A stretch of 64,000 nucleotides of DNA. It comes from an uncultured Planctomycetales bacterium (GTDB lineage Bacteria > Omnitrophota > Gorgyraeia > Zapsychrales > JAHFFX01). Numbering within the stretch: the first letter of the stretch is position 1; each line of letters opens with the position of its first letter. This document shows, one piece after another, positions 31,281-41,137 of the stretch. The notes beneath the pieces were generated by a model. The model saw only the letters and a program-made list of their open reading frames with translations. It was not told where the DNA came from and ran no database searches. The position numbers and the translations under genes were made by a program. Location of the stretch: assembly GCA_964464475.1 (NCBI GenBank), contig CAYXGG010000002.1:9322-73321 (forward strand), in the 5' to 3' direction.

Positions 31281-32036
31281 TTAATCCGCTAAGTTGACCT
31301 GCGCCTGACTCAGCGTCCAACGCAGACGTTCGTACCAGTGCCGGTAGCCCTCCCCAGAAAGATGCAAACGGTCTGGACTGTAATAGCGGTTCATATTTTT
31401 GCCAAAAGGATCTTGATCACGCTCGGAGAAAAGATCAACATACCAAACGCCTTTTTCCCGGGCAAGCCGCTGATAGATCTCACGTACCGAGCGCGAACGT
31501 TCTTGATAAATGACCGTAAACGGCCAATGAAATATCGGAGCTAATCCAACATTACCGGAATGAAGCAACACCACCTGTCGCCCAACGACTTTAGCGCGAT
31601 CAATCAATATCGCGAGTCGCTGTTCAATTCTGAATACCCGGGTGAAGCGCAAAATATCATTAGCGCCAATTTGCATGACCACCAAATCATAGCGATCAAG
31701 TCCCGGATAAAATTCTTTTAGCAATCCTTCCAATTTTAAACCGTTGCGACTACGGTTATCAATGTGCGCCTGAGGAAAATCCTGAGCTAGCCACCCGGCG
31801 ATCGACTGGGCATTGGTCGCAGCTCCGGTACCGACGGCCGTACTGTCTCCGACAAAGAGCACTTTCAACTTCGCATCAGGTACGTTGCGCCGAAAAGGCT
31901 GCAAGCTATAATCCCCCCGAGAACTTAAAACCAAAAACTGTCCCAGTTGCCCCAAGAAGACCGCGAGCCCCAAGACAAGACAAATTTTAATGATCCGTAA
32001 AGTCCAACCCCCTGACCTGCTCCGAGACGAATTCAT
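31281..32036 (-). CDS. SGNH/GDSL-family hydrolase (membrane-anchored)
   Basis: It has an N-terminal TM helix, a VLFVGDSTAVG block I, and a block V containing DxxH. Confidence 0.7.
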   Translation of the reverse strand: MNSSRSRSGGWTLRIIKICLVLGLAVFLGQLGQFLVLSSRGDYSLQPFRRNVPDAKLKVLFVGDSTAVGTGAATNAQSIAGWLAQDFPQAHIDNRSRNGLKLEGLLKEFYPGLDRYDLVVMQIGANDILRFTRVFRIEQRLAILIDRAKVVGRQVVLLHSGNVGLAPIFHWPFTVIYQERSRSVREIYQRLAREKGVWYVDLFSERDQDPFGKNMNRYYSPDRLHLSGEGYRHWYERLRWTLSQAQVNLAD

Positions 32037-32060
32037 GTTTTGCGTAAGCTATCTTTTTTT

Positions 32061-32175
32061 ATTGACCTTTCTACTACAAAAGACTGGTATATGGAAGTCA
32101 ATACGGCCTTTCCCCGAAGAAAAGAAAGGTCTAATACTGGCTTCCTTTATTGTCTTTGGTCAAAAAGGCCAGTAA
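32061..32175 (+). repeat. Copy A of the structured repeat family, 115 nt
   Basis: The sequence is ATTGAC ... GTCAAT, then GACCTTTCT ... AGAAAGGTC, then GGCCTTT ... AAAGGCC, then TACTGGC ... GCCAGTA, a set of nested inverted repeats. It overlaps the last 15 codons and the stop of CDS 32131-33012 on the opposite strand. Confidence 0.7.
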
Positions 32176-33012
32176 TAACTCATCGACCCATTGTTTGGCT
32201 TGCCCTAAAGTTCCTCCCAACATTTGCCTCGCGAGTTCCGCAGCCAAGATTTGATCGCCTCGTTGGGCCAATTCCAAAATTCGTTGCTCTTGCTCAGCTC
32301 GAGATAACCTGCCAAACTGTGCGGTATTAAACTCTGATCGCGTTTCTGCCGCGACAGAACAGTACTTAGAGAATACCGCCACCGCCTCTTTGATCCCCGG
32401 TCGAATTCCGGTCCAGTCCAATCGTACTAAATCAGGCAAAAGAACTTCCACGGGATAATGCAACGACCTATAGCGGTAATTACCTCGACGAGGATCCTGG
32501 GTGACCCGTTCCTGAGCCAACAATTTTTCTAACTCCGTCAGGTTCTCCTGAGCAATCTTCAACTCCAAAAAATTAGTTATTCGAACTTCCCGATCCAAAT
32601 TGGTGGGGGTGAATTTATGACGAACCACGCGAACTGAAGAAATGTCCCGCACAGAAAGGGAGAATGCCTGCAGATCTCGATTTTGAAAATGAAAGTTGTA
32701 GACCGAACGGAATTTGACCAGCACGCGATCTGAGGACACCCGAACCAGCCAATTACCCGACGAAGCGCAGGCTTTCAGCATCCGCGCGGCCATTAATGTA
32801 AAAACCATCATAAAGAAAGCAATCAGCCACAGTAAGGGTTTAGGAAATCCGTCCCAGTAGGGATAACTGTCTATTTTCAAACTAAACCACAATGAACATA
32901 TCATTAAACCGCCAAAGATGATCACCGCCACCACATGCGGCAAGATAGGATAACGAAAGATTTTTTCCTGGGCATTAATAGGCGGAACGCTGGCAAGACT
33001 GTAAAATTGCAT
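32131..33012 (-). CDS. Hypothetical membrane protein (2 TM N-terminal, soluble C-terminal domain)
   Basis: It is 293 aa. The C-terminal 15 aa (LLLAFLTKDNKGSQY) and the stop are encoded by repeat copy A, so the true C-terminus is uncertain. Confidence 0.45.
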   Translation of the reverse strand: MQFYSLASVPPINAQEKIFRYPILPHVVAVIIFGGLMICSLWFSLKIDSYPYWDGFPKPLLWLIAFFMMVFTLMAARMLKACASSGNWLVRVSSDRVLVKFRSVYNFHFQNRDLQAFSLSVRDISSVRVVRHKFTPTNLDREVRITNFLELKIAQENLTELEKLLAQERVTQDPRRGNYRYRSLHYPVEVLLPDLVRLDWTGIRPGIKEAVAVFSKYCSVAAETRSEFNTAQFGRLSRAEQEQRILELAQRGDQILAAELARQMLGGTLGQAKQWVDELLLAFLTKDNKGSQY

Positions 33013-33019
33013 AATGAAA

Positions 33020-34753
33020 TTAAATTTTTAATTCCGCACGTAAAGCGTTCATCAAAGGCGCGATCGTTTTCGCCGAAAATTCAAATCGAAGCCCCGCCGC
33101 TTGAAATAATTCCGGCAACGGCCGAGCACCTCCAAAACTTAACGCTTTTTTGTAAGCCTCCAAAGCGGCTTTTCGGTCTCGACGGGCATTCTGCCATAGT
33201 TGCAAAGCCCCCAATTGCGCGATCCCGTATTCAATATAATAAAATGGGACCTCAAAAATATGTAGTTGGCGATGCCAAAGCGTGCCATGAATGGCCTCTA
33301 GCCCTTCCCAATCAACCAAATCTCCTCCGAACCGCTGGCGAATGCTAAGCCAAGCTTGGCGTCGCGTTTCCCGGGTTTGATTCGGATGTTCGTAAATCCA
33401 TAGTTGAAAAGCATCAATGGTCGCCACCCAAACCAACGTGGAAACAATATCTTCATAGTGAGAGAATTTTGAGCGCTCCAAATCTTCACGACTATAAAAT
33501 ACATCTAAGAATTCTTTTCCCAACAGTTCCATGGACATGGACGCGACTTCGCAGAATTCCATAGGGGCGTGTCGATAGTCAAATAACGGCTGACTGGCGC
33601 ATGCCAATGCGTGAAACGCATGGCCCGCTTCATGCAACAACGTGTACACATCATCATCAATACCTACCGCGTTCATAAAAATAAACGGCTGCCGGGCCTC
33701 GGTCAGCGTGCTTTGATATCCACCGGGAGCCTTGCCCTTCCGACTCGCCAAATCTAAAAGACCCAGATCGGACATGTCAGTAAATTGTTTACCTAACTCC
33801 GGGTCATTACGCTGCATGATAAGACCAACCCCTTTAATCAATTCTGCCGCGTCAGCAAACGGGAGCAGCGCCGGCCGACCTAAGGCATCAACCTGTAAAT
33901 CCCAAGGGCGAAGCTTATCCAATTTCAAATCTCGTTTTCTTTTCTCCAGAATTTTCTGCCAGACGGGCAGCACCAACTCTTCGATCGCGGCATGATACTG
34001 CCGGCACTCGACCGGCGAGTAATCAAATCGATGCAGCGCTTTAAATTGATAATCAACAAAATTAGGGGAACCGGCATTTTTCGCGATATCCTGACGCAGC
34101 AACAACATTTGGTCAAAAATATCATCTAGTTTATCTTTTTCGAGAAATCTTCGCTGCACCGTCGCGCGCCACGCCGCTTCACGCACAGCGCGATCCGTCT
34201 CAAATAAATACTTTCCCATTTGCGGCAACGTCTTCTCGGCACCGTCAAAGGTTACGGTCATGGCCCCACAAACCGTCTGATAATCCTGAGCCAACAAAGA
34301 TTCTTTCGTTTGCAATGGGACATTTTCTTCACAAAACAATTTCGTGTCCGACTCAATTTTGCGATCATACAGGGCATAAAAACTATGACCCGCCGGAAAT
34401 CGACGCCGCTCCCCTAAATACTTTAAATTTAATTGATCCGCCAAAGGCTTAACCGCGGGAACAACTTGCTCTATAAAATCGCGGTAGGCCTTAGCTCGAG
34501 CTTCATCATCAGTCTGACAAGTCATCCGAATGTACAAAAGCGTCCCATGCTGTTCCAGCGCAGCCTCCAGTTCAGAACGATCTTGCAACCAAGTCTCAAG
34601 ATTCTGGGCGCTTCCAATAAAAGTGTTTAGCAAACGTCGATACAAAGCGACCACCTCATCAACATTTCCTAAACCGGCTTGGTCGGGCACAAATCTTCGC
34701 TGCGCGTAGCGAGCTAATTTTTGAAAATCTAGTTCTACCGTGGCACTTTCCAT
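33020..34753 (-). CDS. pepF: M3-family oligoendopeptidase F
   Basis: It has the HEAGHAFH zinc motif, 577 aa, and the M3B architecture. Confidence 0.85.
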   Translation of the reverse strand: MESATVELDFQKLARYAQRRFVPDQAGLGNVDEVVALYRRLLNTFIGSAQNLETWLQDRSELEAALEQHGTLLYIRMTCQTDDEARAKAYRDFIEQVVPAVKPLADQLNLKYLGERRRFPAGHSFYALYDRKIESDTKLFCEENVPLQTKESLLAQDYQTVCGAMTVTFDGAEKTLPQMGKYLFETDRAVREAAWRATVQRRFLEKDKLDDIFDQMLLLRQDIAKNAGSPNFVDYQFKALHRFDYSPVECRQYHAAIEELVLPVWQKILEKRKRDLKLDKLRPWDLQVDALGRPALLPFADAAELIKGVGLIMQRNDPELGKQFTDMSDLGLLDLASRKGKAPGGYQSTLTEARQPFIFMNAVGIDDDVYTLLHEAGHAFHALACASQPLFDYRHAPMEFCEVASMSMELLGKEFLDVFYSREDLERSKFSHYEDIVSTLVWVATIDAFQLWIYEHPNQTRETRRQAWLSIRQRFGGDLVDWEGLEAIHGTLWHRQLHIFEVPFYYIEYGIAQLGALQLWQNARRDRKAALEAYKKALSFGGARPLPELFQAAGLRFEFSAKTIAPLMNALRAELKI

Positions 34754-34762
34754 AGTTCAATC

Positions 34763-35245
34763 CTATTCTTTCACCAGCGCGTTTCCTTTTTGAGTCCATT
34801 CCATAACGCCACCGTGATAATCAATCGCATCATAATTAAAACTACGCAGTAGCTGCGCGGCCAGACGACTGGTCTGACAGGAAGCGCTTTGGCAATAAAC
34901 AACGACTTTGACACCTTGCGGAATCAATTCTTTAATTTTCTCTTCATTCATATCCGATAGGGGAAACGACAACGCGCCTTCAATATGACCATTAATAAAA
35001 ACGTTGGCGGGGCGAGCATCCAACAAAATATAATTCTTGTTCCCCTTCCTTAAGGTGATGAATTCGTCATAGGTAATTTCCGGCACAAATTGGGCATTCT
35101 CTTGAGTAACGGAAACCTGGGGTTTTTGATCGCAACCTCCCTGGGGTCCACAAGCGTCCGTATCCTGAGCCCAAGAAAATCTCTTTTCTCCACAAAAAGT
35201 AACGGTGCTAAGAAGAAAAATAACTAGGAAAACCTTCCTCATCAT
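34763..35245 (-). CDS. Secreted rhodanese-domain sulfurtransferase
   Basis: It has a signal peptide, and the active-site cysteine loop VVYCQSASCQTS. Confidence 0.7.
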   Translation of the reverse strand: MMRKVFLVIFLLSTVTFCGEKRFSWAQDTDACGPQGGCDQKPQVSVTQENAQFVPEITYDEFITLRKGNKNYILLDARPANVFINGHIEGALSFPLSDMNEEKIKELIPQGVKVVVYCQSASCQTSRLAAQLLRSFNYDAIDYHGGVMEWTQKGNALVKE

Positions 35246-35258
35246 GATTATCCTTTTC

Positions 35259-35654
35259 TTAAAATTTTAGCTGATCAACTTCACTACGAAAACGATCAAT
35301 GGTTTCAGATTCTTTGCGCTTGCGCTCTTCTTCAGCGCGTCGCTCTTCTTCTTTCCGCTGAATCATTTTCCGATACTCATCATTAGCCAAGCTAACCAAC
35401 TCTTTAAAGAAATCCAATTGTACTTGCATCACGTCATCGGTGTAAATAATAAGGGTAATCATATTGCCGACAACCACATACTGACGCTTCTTACTAAAAG
35501 AACTGAGCCGATACGCCTGATGCAGGAATTTGATCCAAAGATCATCGGGTTTTCCTGAAAGAACCAGCGGATATTTATAAGCGTTGGCCTGGGTTGCGTC
35601 GCGTTCGATATGTTCGCGCTCCACCCCAATAATTTTGAAATCCTGAAAATCCAT
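35259..35654 (-). CDS. Hypothetical protein
   Basis: The 131-aa product has a charged helical C-terminus and no recognised motif. It has operon spacing with its neighbours. Confidence 0.35.
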   Translation of the reverse strand: MDFQDFKIIGVEREHIERDATQANAYKYPLVLSGKPDDLWIKFLHQAYRLSSFSKKRQYVVVGNMITLIIYTDDVMQVQLDFFKELVSLANDEYRKMIQRKEEERRAEEERKRKESETIDRFRSEVDQLKF

Positions 35655-35678
35655 ACGCCCTCCTTTAGTGAGTTCTGT

Positions 35679-36140
35679 TCAGCACAGTATCGTTTTATGT
35701 CTCAAATGCAACTTCTTTTGGCGATAATCCAACCAAAAACCCAGCGATCGATAGCGGCACTCGACCCGAAGGTTCTCGCAAATCTTAATTTCTGCCTCCG
35801 TTGTCAACGCCACCAACCCATGCCAAAGATTCTTTTTAAGAATCACCGGTCGGTCTAAATGGAAAGCCTGGAGAGAATCGAAGTCTTCCCCGGGACAAAC
35901 ATAAAGAATCGCCTTCCCCCGAACCGGCTCAAATGTCTCAAAGGAACCGGGATGTCGCTCCAATCGACGAATTTTTCGATCTCGCAAAACTAAATAAGCA
36001 ACCCGCCAGCCAACCGGCTCAGTTTCTTTAAGAACAATCCGCCACAGATTTCTATCCTTCGATTTATCTTCTTTTTGGGAATAATGAATCAGCCACCCAA
36101 AAGGCCCAAAATTTAAATCAGTCATTCTCAATAGTTTCAT
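35679..36140 (-). CDS. Cupin-fold protein, ureidoglycolate lyase (AllA)-like
   Basis: LERHPGSFETFEPVRGKAILYV ... NLWHGLVAL resembles AllA's ELERHP ... NVWHHPLFA. Confidence 0.45.
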   Translation of the reverse strand: MKLLRMTDLNFGPFGWLIHYSQKEDKSKDRNLWRIVLKETEPVGWRVAYLVLRDRKIRRLERHPGSFETFEPVRGKAILYVCPGEDFDSLQAFHLDRPVILKKNLWHGLVALTTEAEIKICENLRVECRYRSLGFWLDYRQKKLHLRHKTILC

Positions 36141-36152
36141 AAAACTTAAAAT

Positions 36153-37274
36153 TTAAGGCCGCGGCCAAGCCAAACCATCGGCTTCCATATGAATCAAACG
36201 ACCGATTTGCTGAGATTTAATATCCAAGACCAAAATACCCTGCGAGCGATGAAACAACACTAAATTCTGGCGACCTGGTGACCATTCGACATGATACAAA
36301 GACTTGGAATTATCTCGTGAAACTCTAGGCAGCTCAACCATCCTCTGCTTTTTCTTTTCTTCATCCAACAAATAAACATAATTTCTTTCATCCAAACCAG
36401 CCACTGTTCTGCCATCTGACGCCGTAGCCACCAATCCAAAGGCTCGATATTTCTTAAATCGCTGGTCAGGTGTCCCTAAAAATAATTTTACGGTTGATTG
36501 GCTTAAATCCAATTTAGCCAACTCCGCCGCCGGGGCAGATACTTCCCCAATCTCCTGGGCTACTGAATTATCTAAAGCGACCCGAAATAATTTTACTTTT
36601 CCTTCCCGATAATATGCTGAAGTCTCTATTTTTTTTGCAAAAACTAACCCTGTTCCTTCCCAATCCCAAACAATTTCTGAAACATTGGGTGGAAAACCCA
36701 AGAGCAAAGATTTTTTATTCGTTGCTAAATCAAAAACGTACGCCTGATTTTGGGATGATACCGCTGACCAACGACTAATGCGATAAAAGAATTTGTCCGA
36801 TTGCCGATTCCAAACAAAATCATTAAAGGAACCACGAACGTCCTTTTGAACCGGAATGTCTAGCTTCTCAGAAAATAACTCTTTGGCCTTTGGATAAAGT
36901 TGATACACGATCAACTCATCGGGAAAAAACACCAACAATTTCTTTCCGTCCGGGGAAAACAACGCATCTGTAATCGGTCGTTTAGCGTCATAAATCTTTT
37001 CAGTCCCTGTGCCATCTAGGTTGATCCTAACAAGTTGCTTGTAATTAACCACATAAATCGAGGCCTTTTCTTTGACCCACTCTGTGCCGGGAAGGATATT
37101 GAGCAATAATTGCTTCTGGTGGTAATCTTTATAGCCTTCCCAAATTAACACACTGGCCCAGATCACGGCCACGGCCAAAGCCGCGTTGGTAAACGTTGCC
37201 AGGACAAGATAGTAAAATGGTCGCTTTTTGGGTTCGAGAATGCGCGTCGCGACTTTTTGACGGTTAACGGCCAT
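36153..37274 (-). CDS. Membrane-anchored TolB-like beta-propeller protein (hypothetical)
   Basis: It has an N-terminal TM helix and repeated DG+K+L+ beta-propeller-type blades (SPDGKKLLVF). Confidence 0.45.
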   Translation of the reverse strand: MAVNRQKVATRILEPKKRPFYYLVLATFTNAALAVAVIWASVLIWEGYKDYHQKQLLLNILPGTEWVKEKASIYVVNYKQLVRINLDGTGTEKIYDAKRPITDALFSPDGKKLLVFFPDELIVYQLYPKAKELFSEKLDIPVQKDVRGSFNDFVWNRQSDKFFYRISRWSAVSSQNQAYVFDLATNKKSLLLGFPPNVSEIVWDWEGTGLVFAKKIETSAYYREGKVKLFRVALDNSVAQEIGEVSAPAAELAKLDLSQSTVKLFLGTPDQRFKKYRAFGLVATASDGRTVAGLDERNYVYLLDEEKKKQRMVELPRVSRDNSKSLYHVEWSPGRQNLVLFHRSQGILVLDIKSQQIGRLIHMEADGLAWPRP

Positions 37275-37276
37275 GA

Positions 37277-37966
37277 TTAATTGTCACCCAACAAGTTCCA
37301 AACTTCCCCAAAAATCCATTGTTCCCAACGCGCGTAGGCTTTGGCGGAGGGGTGAAGATTATCACTCGACAACAAAGACGCGTCCGTTGCCATTTCTTTA
37401 GATACGGAAAAAATATCTACCACTTTTAAGCCACGAGACTTGGCTTCTGCTTCTATAATTCGGTTAAATATTTTAAGTCCTTCCTCTATATCTCGACCTT
37501 GCGCGTAGTCCTGGGCTTTGGGGGTGACAGAAAAATCCGGAATATTAATAATCAGAAGACGCCGCGGATCAGTAAGGCAACTCAGCGTAGCATCCAATAA
37601 TTGACTAAAGCGTTCTTGAAATTGATCAGCAGTCACGCCTCTTACCCAATCATTGACGCCTACCATGAGCGTGACAAAATCCGGACGCATCTCTTTTAAG
37701 AGAGGGATAGCATACAGGTTCAATTCCGCTGTTGACCACCCTGTGCGGGCCAAAATTTTCTTTAATTCAATAGGAACATCGATTTGCCGTAGATGCAAGG
37801 TAAGAATAACCGGCCAACTTTCCTGAATGGAAGAGCCTTCCCCAACTGAGTAAGAATCTCCCAAAGCAACATAGGAAATACTTCCGTTGGTTTGAGCGGC
37901 CAAAGTGGGACGAGGGAACAAGCTCAAAACCAGAATAATAAACCAAAGTAATCGCTGCATAGGCAA
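37277..37966 (-). CDS. Secreted SGNH/GDSL hydrolase
   Basis: It has a signal peptide, YVALGDSYSVGEG block I, and GVNDW block III. Confidence 0.7.
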   Translation of the reverse strand: MPMQRLLWFIILVLSLFPRPTLAAQTNGSISYVALGDSYSVGEGSSIQESWPVILTLHLRQIDVPIELKKILARTGWSTAELNLYAIPLLKEMRPDFVTLMVGVNDWVRGVTADQFQERFSQLLDATLSCLTDPRRLLIINIPDFSVTPKAQDYAQGRDIEEGLKIFNRIIEAEAKSRGLKVVDIFSVSKEMATDASLLSSDNLHPSAKAYARWEQWIFGEVWNLLGDN

Positions 37967-38052
37967 CGATTTTAGCTTGAACAGCGACGAATCACAAGCT
38001 AAAAGTCAGCGACTATTCTGAGAAATATCCGGGGGTCAAAGAAGGATAATTC

Positions 38053-38661
38053 TTAAAGCATGCGACGGACAACACTGATGACTTTGCCAATAATAGATAC
38101 ATCAGGATTAACCGGAATTGGTTCATACTTCGTATTGGCAGGTTCAAGAAAAAACTTTTCGCCTTTTCGCTTAAGATATTTCACAGTGGCGTCCTCACCG
38201 ACCAGCGCGACAACGGTCTCACCCACTTGAGCAACCGATTGGCGCCTGACCAAAACCAAATCATCCGGCATAATGCCTGCGTCAATCATACTGTCACCCC
38301 GGACCTTTAAAGCGAAAATAGTGTCATCAGAAAAAGCTAACGAATGCAAATCCAAATAGCCTTCAATATCTTCTACGGCCAAGGAGGGCAACCCCGCCTG
38401 AACTTTGCCAACGATAGGAAAAGAAAACAAGGCTTCGCGCACTAACTCCAAGGCTCGCGATTTGTTGGCGGTGATACGCAAATAGCCCTTTTTGACCAGA
38501 GCCCGCAGATGATCTCGCGTTGTCCCTGTTGACGCAAAGCCAAAATGCGCCCCAATTTCCCTAATTGTGGGAGGAAGGCTCTGCGAACGAATACGATCGT
38601 AAATAAATTTAAGAACTTCTTTTTGCTTTTCAGTAAGGGTAGGTTTATTTGTCATGATCAC
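38053..38661 (-). CDS. lexA: LexA repressor (S24 peptidase)
   Basis: It has an N-terminal wHTH (LTEKQKEVLKFI) and a C-terminal GDSMIDAGI ... K dyad. Confidence 0.85.
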   Translation of the reverse strand: MIMTNKPTLTEKQKEVLKFIYDRIRSQSLPPTIREIGAHFGFASTGTTRDHLRALVKKGYLRITANKSRALELVREALFSFPIVGKVQAGLPSLAVEDIEGYLDLHSLAFSDDTIFALKVRGDSMIDAGIMPDDLVLVRRQSVAQVGETVVALVGEDATVKYLKRKGEKFFLEPANTKYEPIPVNPDVSIIGKVISVVRRML

Positions 38662-38701
38662 TTTCTACCACTCTCCTGTGTGGATGTCAACAAAAGTTTA
38701 G

Positions 38702-38750
38702 AAAAATTTAAGGGCGGACCGCATTTTCACGCGGCCCGCCCTCTTTTTCC
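38702..38750 (-). terminator. Rho-independent (bidirectional-looking) terminator downstream of CDS 38765-39616
   Basis: GGGCGGACCGC-N7-GCGGCCCGCCC is flanked by A/T runs on both sides. Confidence 0.6.
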
Positions 38751-38764
38751 CATCTTTCTAAATA

Positions 38765-39616
38765 TTACTTCAAACTTTTTACCGGCAACGTCTCAAATTG
38801 CAACTGGTTCAACAACTCAAACATCAAATGACTGTTATCCGCACTTCCCTCTTGCTCATAGGCCTGAATCAAATTGGCTAACACTCGACTCATAATCGTT
38901 TCTGCGGAAGGCACCTCATGAATTACCTCTTGCCAAGATTCTTGATTTGATTTGGCTAGCTCCTTTAAATCATTTTCTGACATAATCTTCCCGCCGTTAA
39001 AGCAATCAACAAAAACTTTTCTTCCGTTCAGATCAATCCGTGCCAGGAAATGCCCAGGAAAACTGCACCCCACAACTTCCAACCCCAAACGTCTAGCGGT
39101 AAGCATATAGACACATACTAAACTAATCGGAATGCCCTGCTTTCTTTTTAATACATAGGCTAAATTACTATTACTGGGATTGTAGTAATCCGTTTTAGCT
39201 CCTTTTAAACCCAACACTTCAAATAAATAATATGCGACTCCATAAGCGTCTTTCTTGATATTTGTTGCCGCAAAATCTTTGGCTAGCTGATCAAGTAATT
39301 CTTTTACCGAAATCGCTAAAGGCAACCCCTCTTGAAATTCCGCCAACAACCCCAAAGCTTTCTCAATCTTATCAAGATCGTTTTTGATATAAAACCAACT
39401 TGACCAATTAGCTTTTAACCACTGCCGATTTAATGGTTCCAGAATATGCGCCAAGCGAGCCTTGTGCGCTCCCGTAAGAGAAAAATTTCTTTCCGCTAGA
39501 ATATTTCTTAAAGGTAATCCGAAAGCTAACAAAGCTTGCGTTACCGCTTGAACTACGGCAGGGGTATCGTCATCCAGCAAACTAATCAGGGCAGGCAATT
39601 GATCAGGATCCGGCAT
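38765..39616 (-). CDS. Transglutaminase-like / UPF0162 (SirB1-type) protein with C-terminal helical repeats
   Basis: The segment GIPISLVCVYMLTARRLGLEVVGCSFPGHFLARI is the catalytic-core look-alike of the SirB1 family. It is 283 aa. Confidence 0.55.
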   Translation of the reverse strand: MPDPDQLPALISLLDDDTPAVVQAVTQALLAFGLPLRNILAERNFSLTGAHKARLAHILEPLNRQWLKANWSSWFYIKNDLDKIEKALGLLAEFQEGLPLAISVKELLDQLAKDFAATNIKKDAYGVAYYLFEVLGLKGAKTDYYNPSNSNLAYVLKRKQGIPISLVCVYMLTARRLGLEVVGCSFPGHFLARIDLNGRKVFVDCFNGGKIMSENDLKELAKSNQESWQEVIHEVPSAETIMSRVLANLIQAYEQEGSADNSHLMFELLNQLQFETLPVKSLK

Positions 39617-39647
39617 AAACCACCTTTCGTCTAGATGAAATATAAAT

Positions 39648-40022
39648 TTATGATGACGGCGCTGCGCCCAGAAGCGTATTTAACTTTTCGAATAACAATT
39701 CAAATTTTATCGGCTTGACTAAATAACCCCGCACCCCCTTGAGACTAAAAATGGGCTGCATTTCTTCATGAGCCGTTAAGACCACGACTGGCACTCGGGT
39801 AAAATCAGGCAATTTACGAAACTCGAGCATAAAAGTATACCCGTTCATACTGGGCATTTGAACATCTAAAATAATAAGGTCGGGTTTATCTTTGACGACT
39901 TTTTGTAAACCTTCCGCCCCATCTCCAGCCGTAACCACCTCATAACCATTAGTTTCCAATCTGGCTTTTACCAATTTTACGTTTAGTTGATCGTCGTCAA
40001 TAATCAAAATCTTTTTGGCCAT
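39648..40022 (-). CDS. Stand-alone response-regulator receiver (CheY-like)
   Basis: It has KILIIDDD ... DLIILDVQMP ... K, is 124 aa, and has no output domain. Confidence 0.8.
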   Translation of the reverse strand: MAKKILIIDDDQLNVKLVKARLETNGYEVVTAGDGAEGLQKVVKDKPDLIILDVQMPSMNGYTFMLEFRKLPDFTRVPVVVLTAHEEMQPIFSLKGVRGYLVKPIKFELLFEKLNTLLGAAPSS

Positions 40023-40111
40023 TTAATTTTCCTAAATAATTCCCGTCGGATAATAAACAAAAAAATTATAGCACAAGGTATTTTGAAAGCCACGACATCT
40101 TAAAAATTATT

Positions 40112-41137
40112 CTACGCGCCTCGCGCATGGTTTATCCCTTGCTCGACTATTCTTGCAATTAATTGCGCATAAGGTATTTCCGACTTCTCCGCGGATAGCG
40201 CCAATTCATCCACTTTCGCCACGCAAGGATTAGCGTTCGCTTCAATAATAAAAACCTCTCCCTGTGCCGTCACGCGGATATCAAAACGCGCGTAGGCATC
40301 TAACCCCAGCGCCCGATAAGCCCTTTTGGCAACATCATGGATCTTAGATTCAAGCCCTTCTGCCAAACGTCCTACTGCAACACTTTTAATTCCCCAACGA
40401 TCGCGATAAATATCGTCCCACTTAGCTTTGTAGGTCGCGATTCTCGGCTCATCCTCAGGTAATTGCCCAAAATTCAATTCACGTAACGGTAATACGTCAA
40501 GTTTTTTGCGACCCATCACGCTGACATACATTTCGCGACCATCCACATACTCTTCAACAATCGCATCTAACTCCATTTTTTGATGAATAAATCTGACTCG
40601 TTCCACTAATGCCGCCGGATCATCGACCACGGAAGCCTGAGAAATCCCCCGAGACGCCTCCTCGCTTAACGGCTTAACAATAGCTGGCAAGCGAAACTTA
40701 GCTGGCACACGAATTCGTTCATTTCTAAGAAATACATGAAAATGCGGAGTCCGGATCCGGTGGAAGGTCAAAATTTTTTTGGTCAGCGCCTTATCATTGC
40801 ATATCATCAATGCGGCCGGAGAACATCCCGTGAAAGGAATCCCCAGCATCTCAATAAAGGCCGCGGCGTTCTTATCCCAGCGGGTTTTCTCGGCAAACAT
40901 ATCAACCATGTTAAAAATCACATCGGGCCGATTCTCCTTCACCTCTTCTAACAAAATGGATAAATCGTTATATAATCCCAGCACCCTGACCCCATAACCG
41001 TTATCCAAGAGCGCCTGGTAAACATCTTTTTCTGTGTACATGTTATTCGGGTCAGCAAACTCCTGTTTAAATTCATAACCCCGCGGACAAAAATAGGGCG
41101 CGTTAAAAAGTAACAATACTTTAAGAGCTGGTTTCAT
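40112..41137 (-). CDS. ATP-grasp ligase, D-Ala-D-Ala-ligase-like
   Basis: It has a pre-ATP-grasp N-terminal domain and ATP-grasp core motifs (EEYVDGREM, FIIEANANP). It overlaps the upstream gene by 4 nt. Confidence 0.75.
   Translation of the reverse strand: MKPALKVLLLFNAPYFCPRGYEFKQEFADPNNMYTEKDVYQALLDNGYGVRVLGLYNDLSILLEEVKENRPDVIFNMVDMFAEKTRWDKNAAAFIEMLGIPFTGCSPAALMICNDKALTKKILTFHRIRTPHFHVFLRNERIRVPAKFRLPAIVKPLSEEASRGISQASVVDDPAALVERVRFIHQKMELDAIVEEYVDGREMYVSVMGRKKLDVLPLRELNFGQLPEDEPRIATYKAKWDDIYRDRWGIKSVAVGRLAEGLESKIHDVAKRAYRALGLDAYARFDIRVTAQGEVFIIEANANPCVAKVDELALSAEKSEIPYAQLIARIVEQGINHARGA

Noticed and set aside
32062-32095. TTGACC at the 5' end of each repeat copy read as a sigma-70 -35 box
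   Set aside because: No conserved -10 hexamer sits at 16-18 nt spacing in the three copies. The TTGAC is instead perfectly complementary to a conserved GTCAA(T) about 35 nt downstream, so it is better explained as a stem.
31990-32175. 61-aa plus-strand ORF spanning repeat copy A
   Set aside because: It is simply the stop-free frame of the repeat element. The same peptide appears inside the big minus-strand ORF through copy B. It is not a gene.
38662-38764. Search for a LexA/SOS box upstream of lexA
   Set aside because: I found only a weak GTTG-N8-ACAG partial palindrome. There is no convincing CTGT-N8-ACAG, GAAC-N4-GTTC or GTTC-N7-GTTC. I cannot call an operator without knowing the lineage-specific motif.
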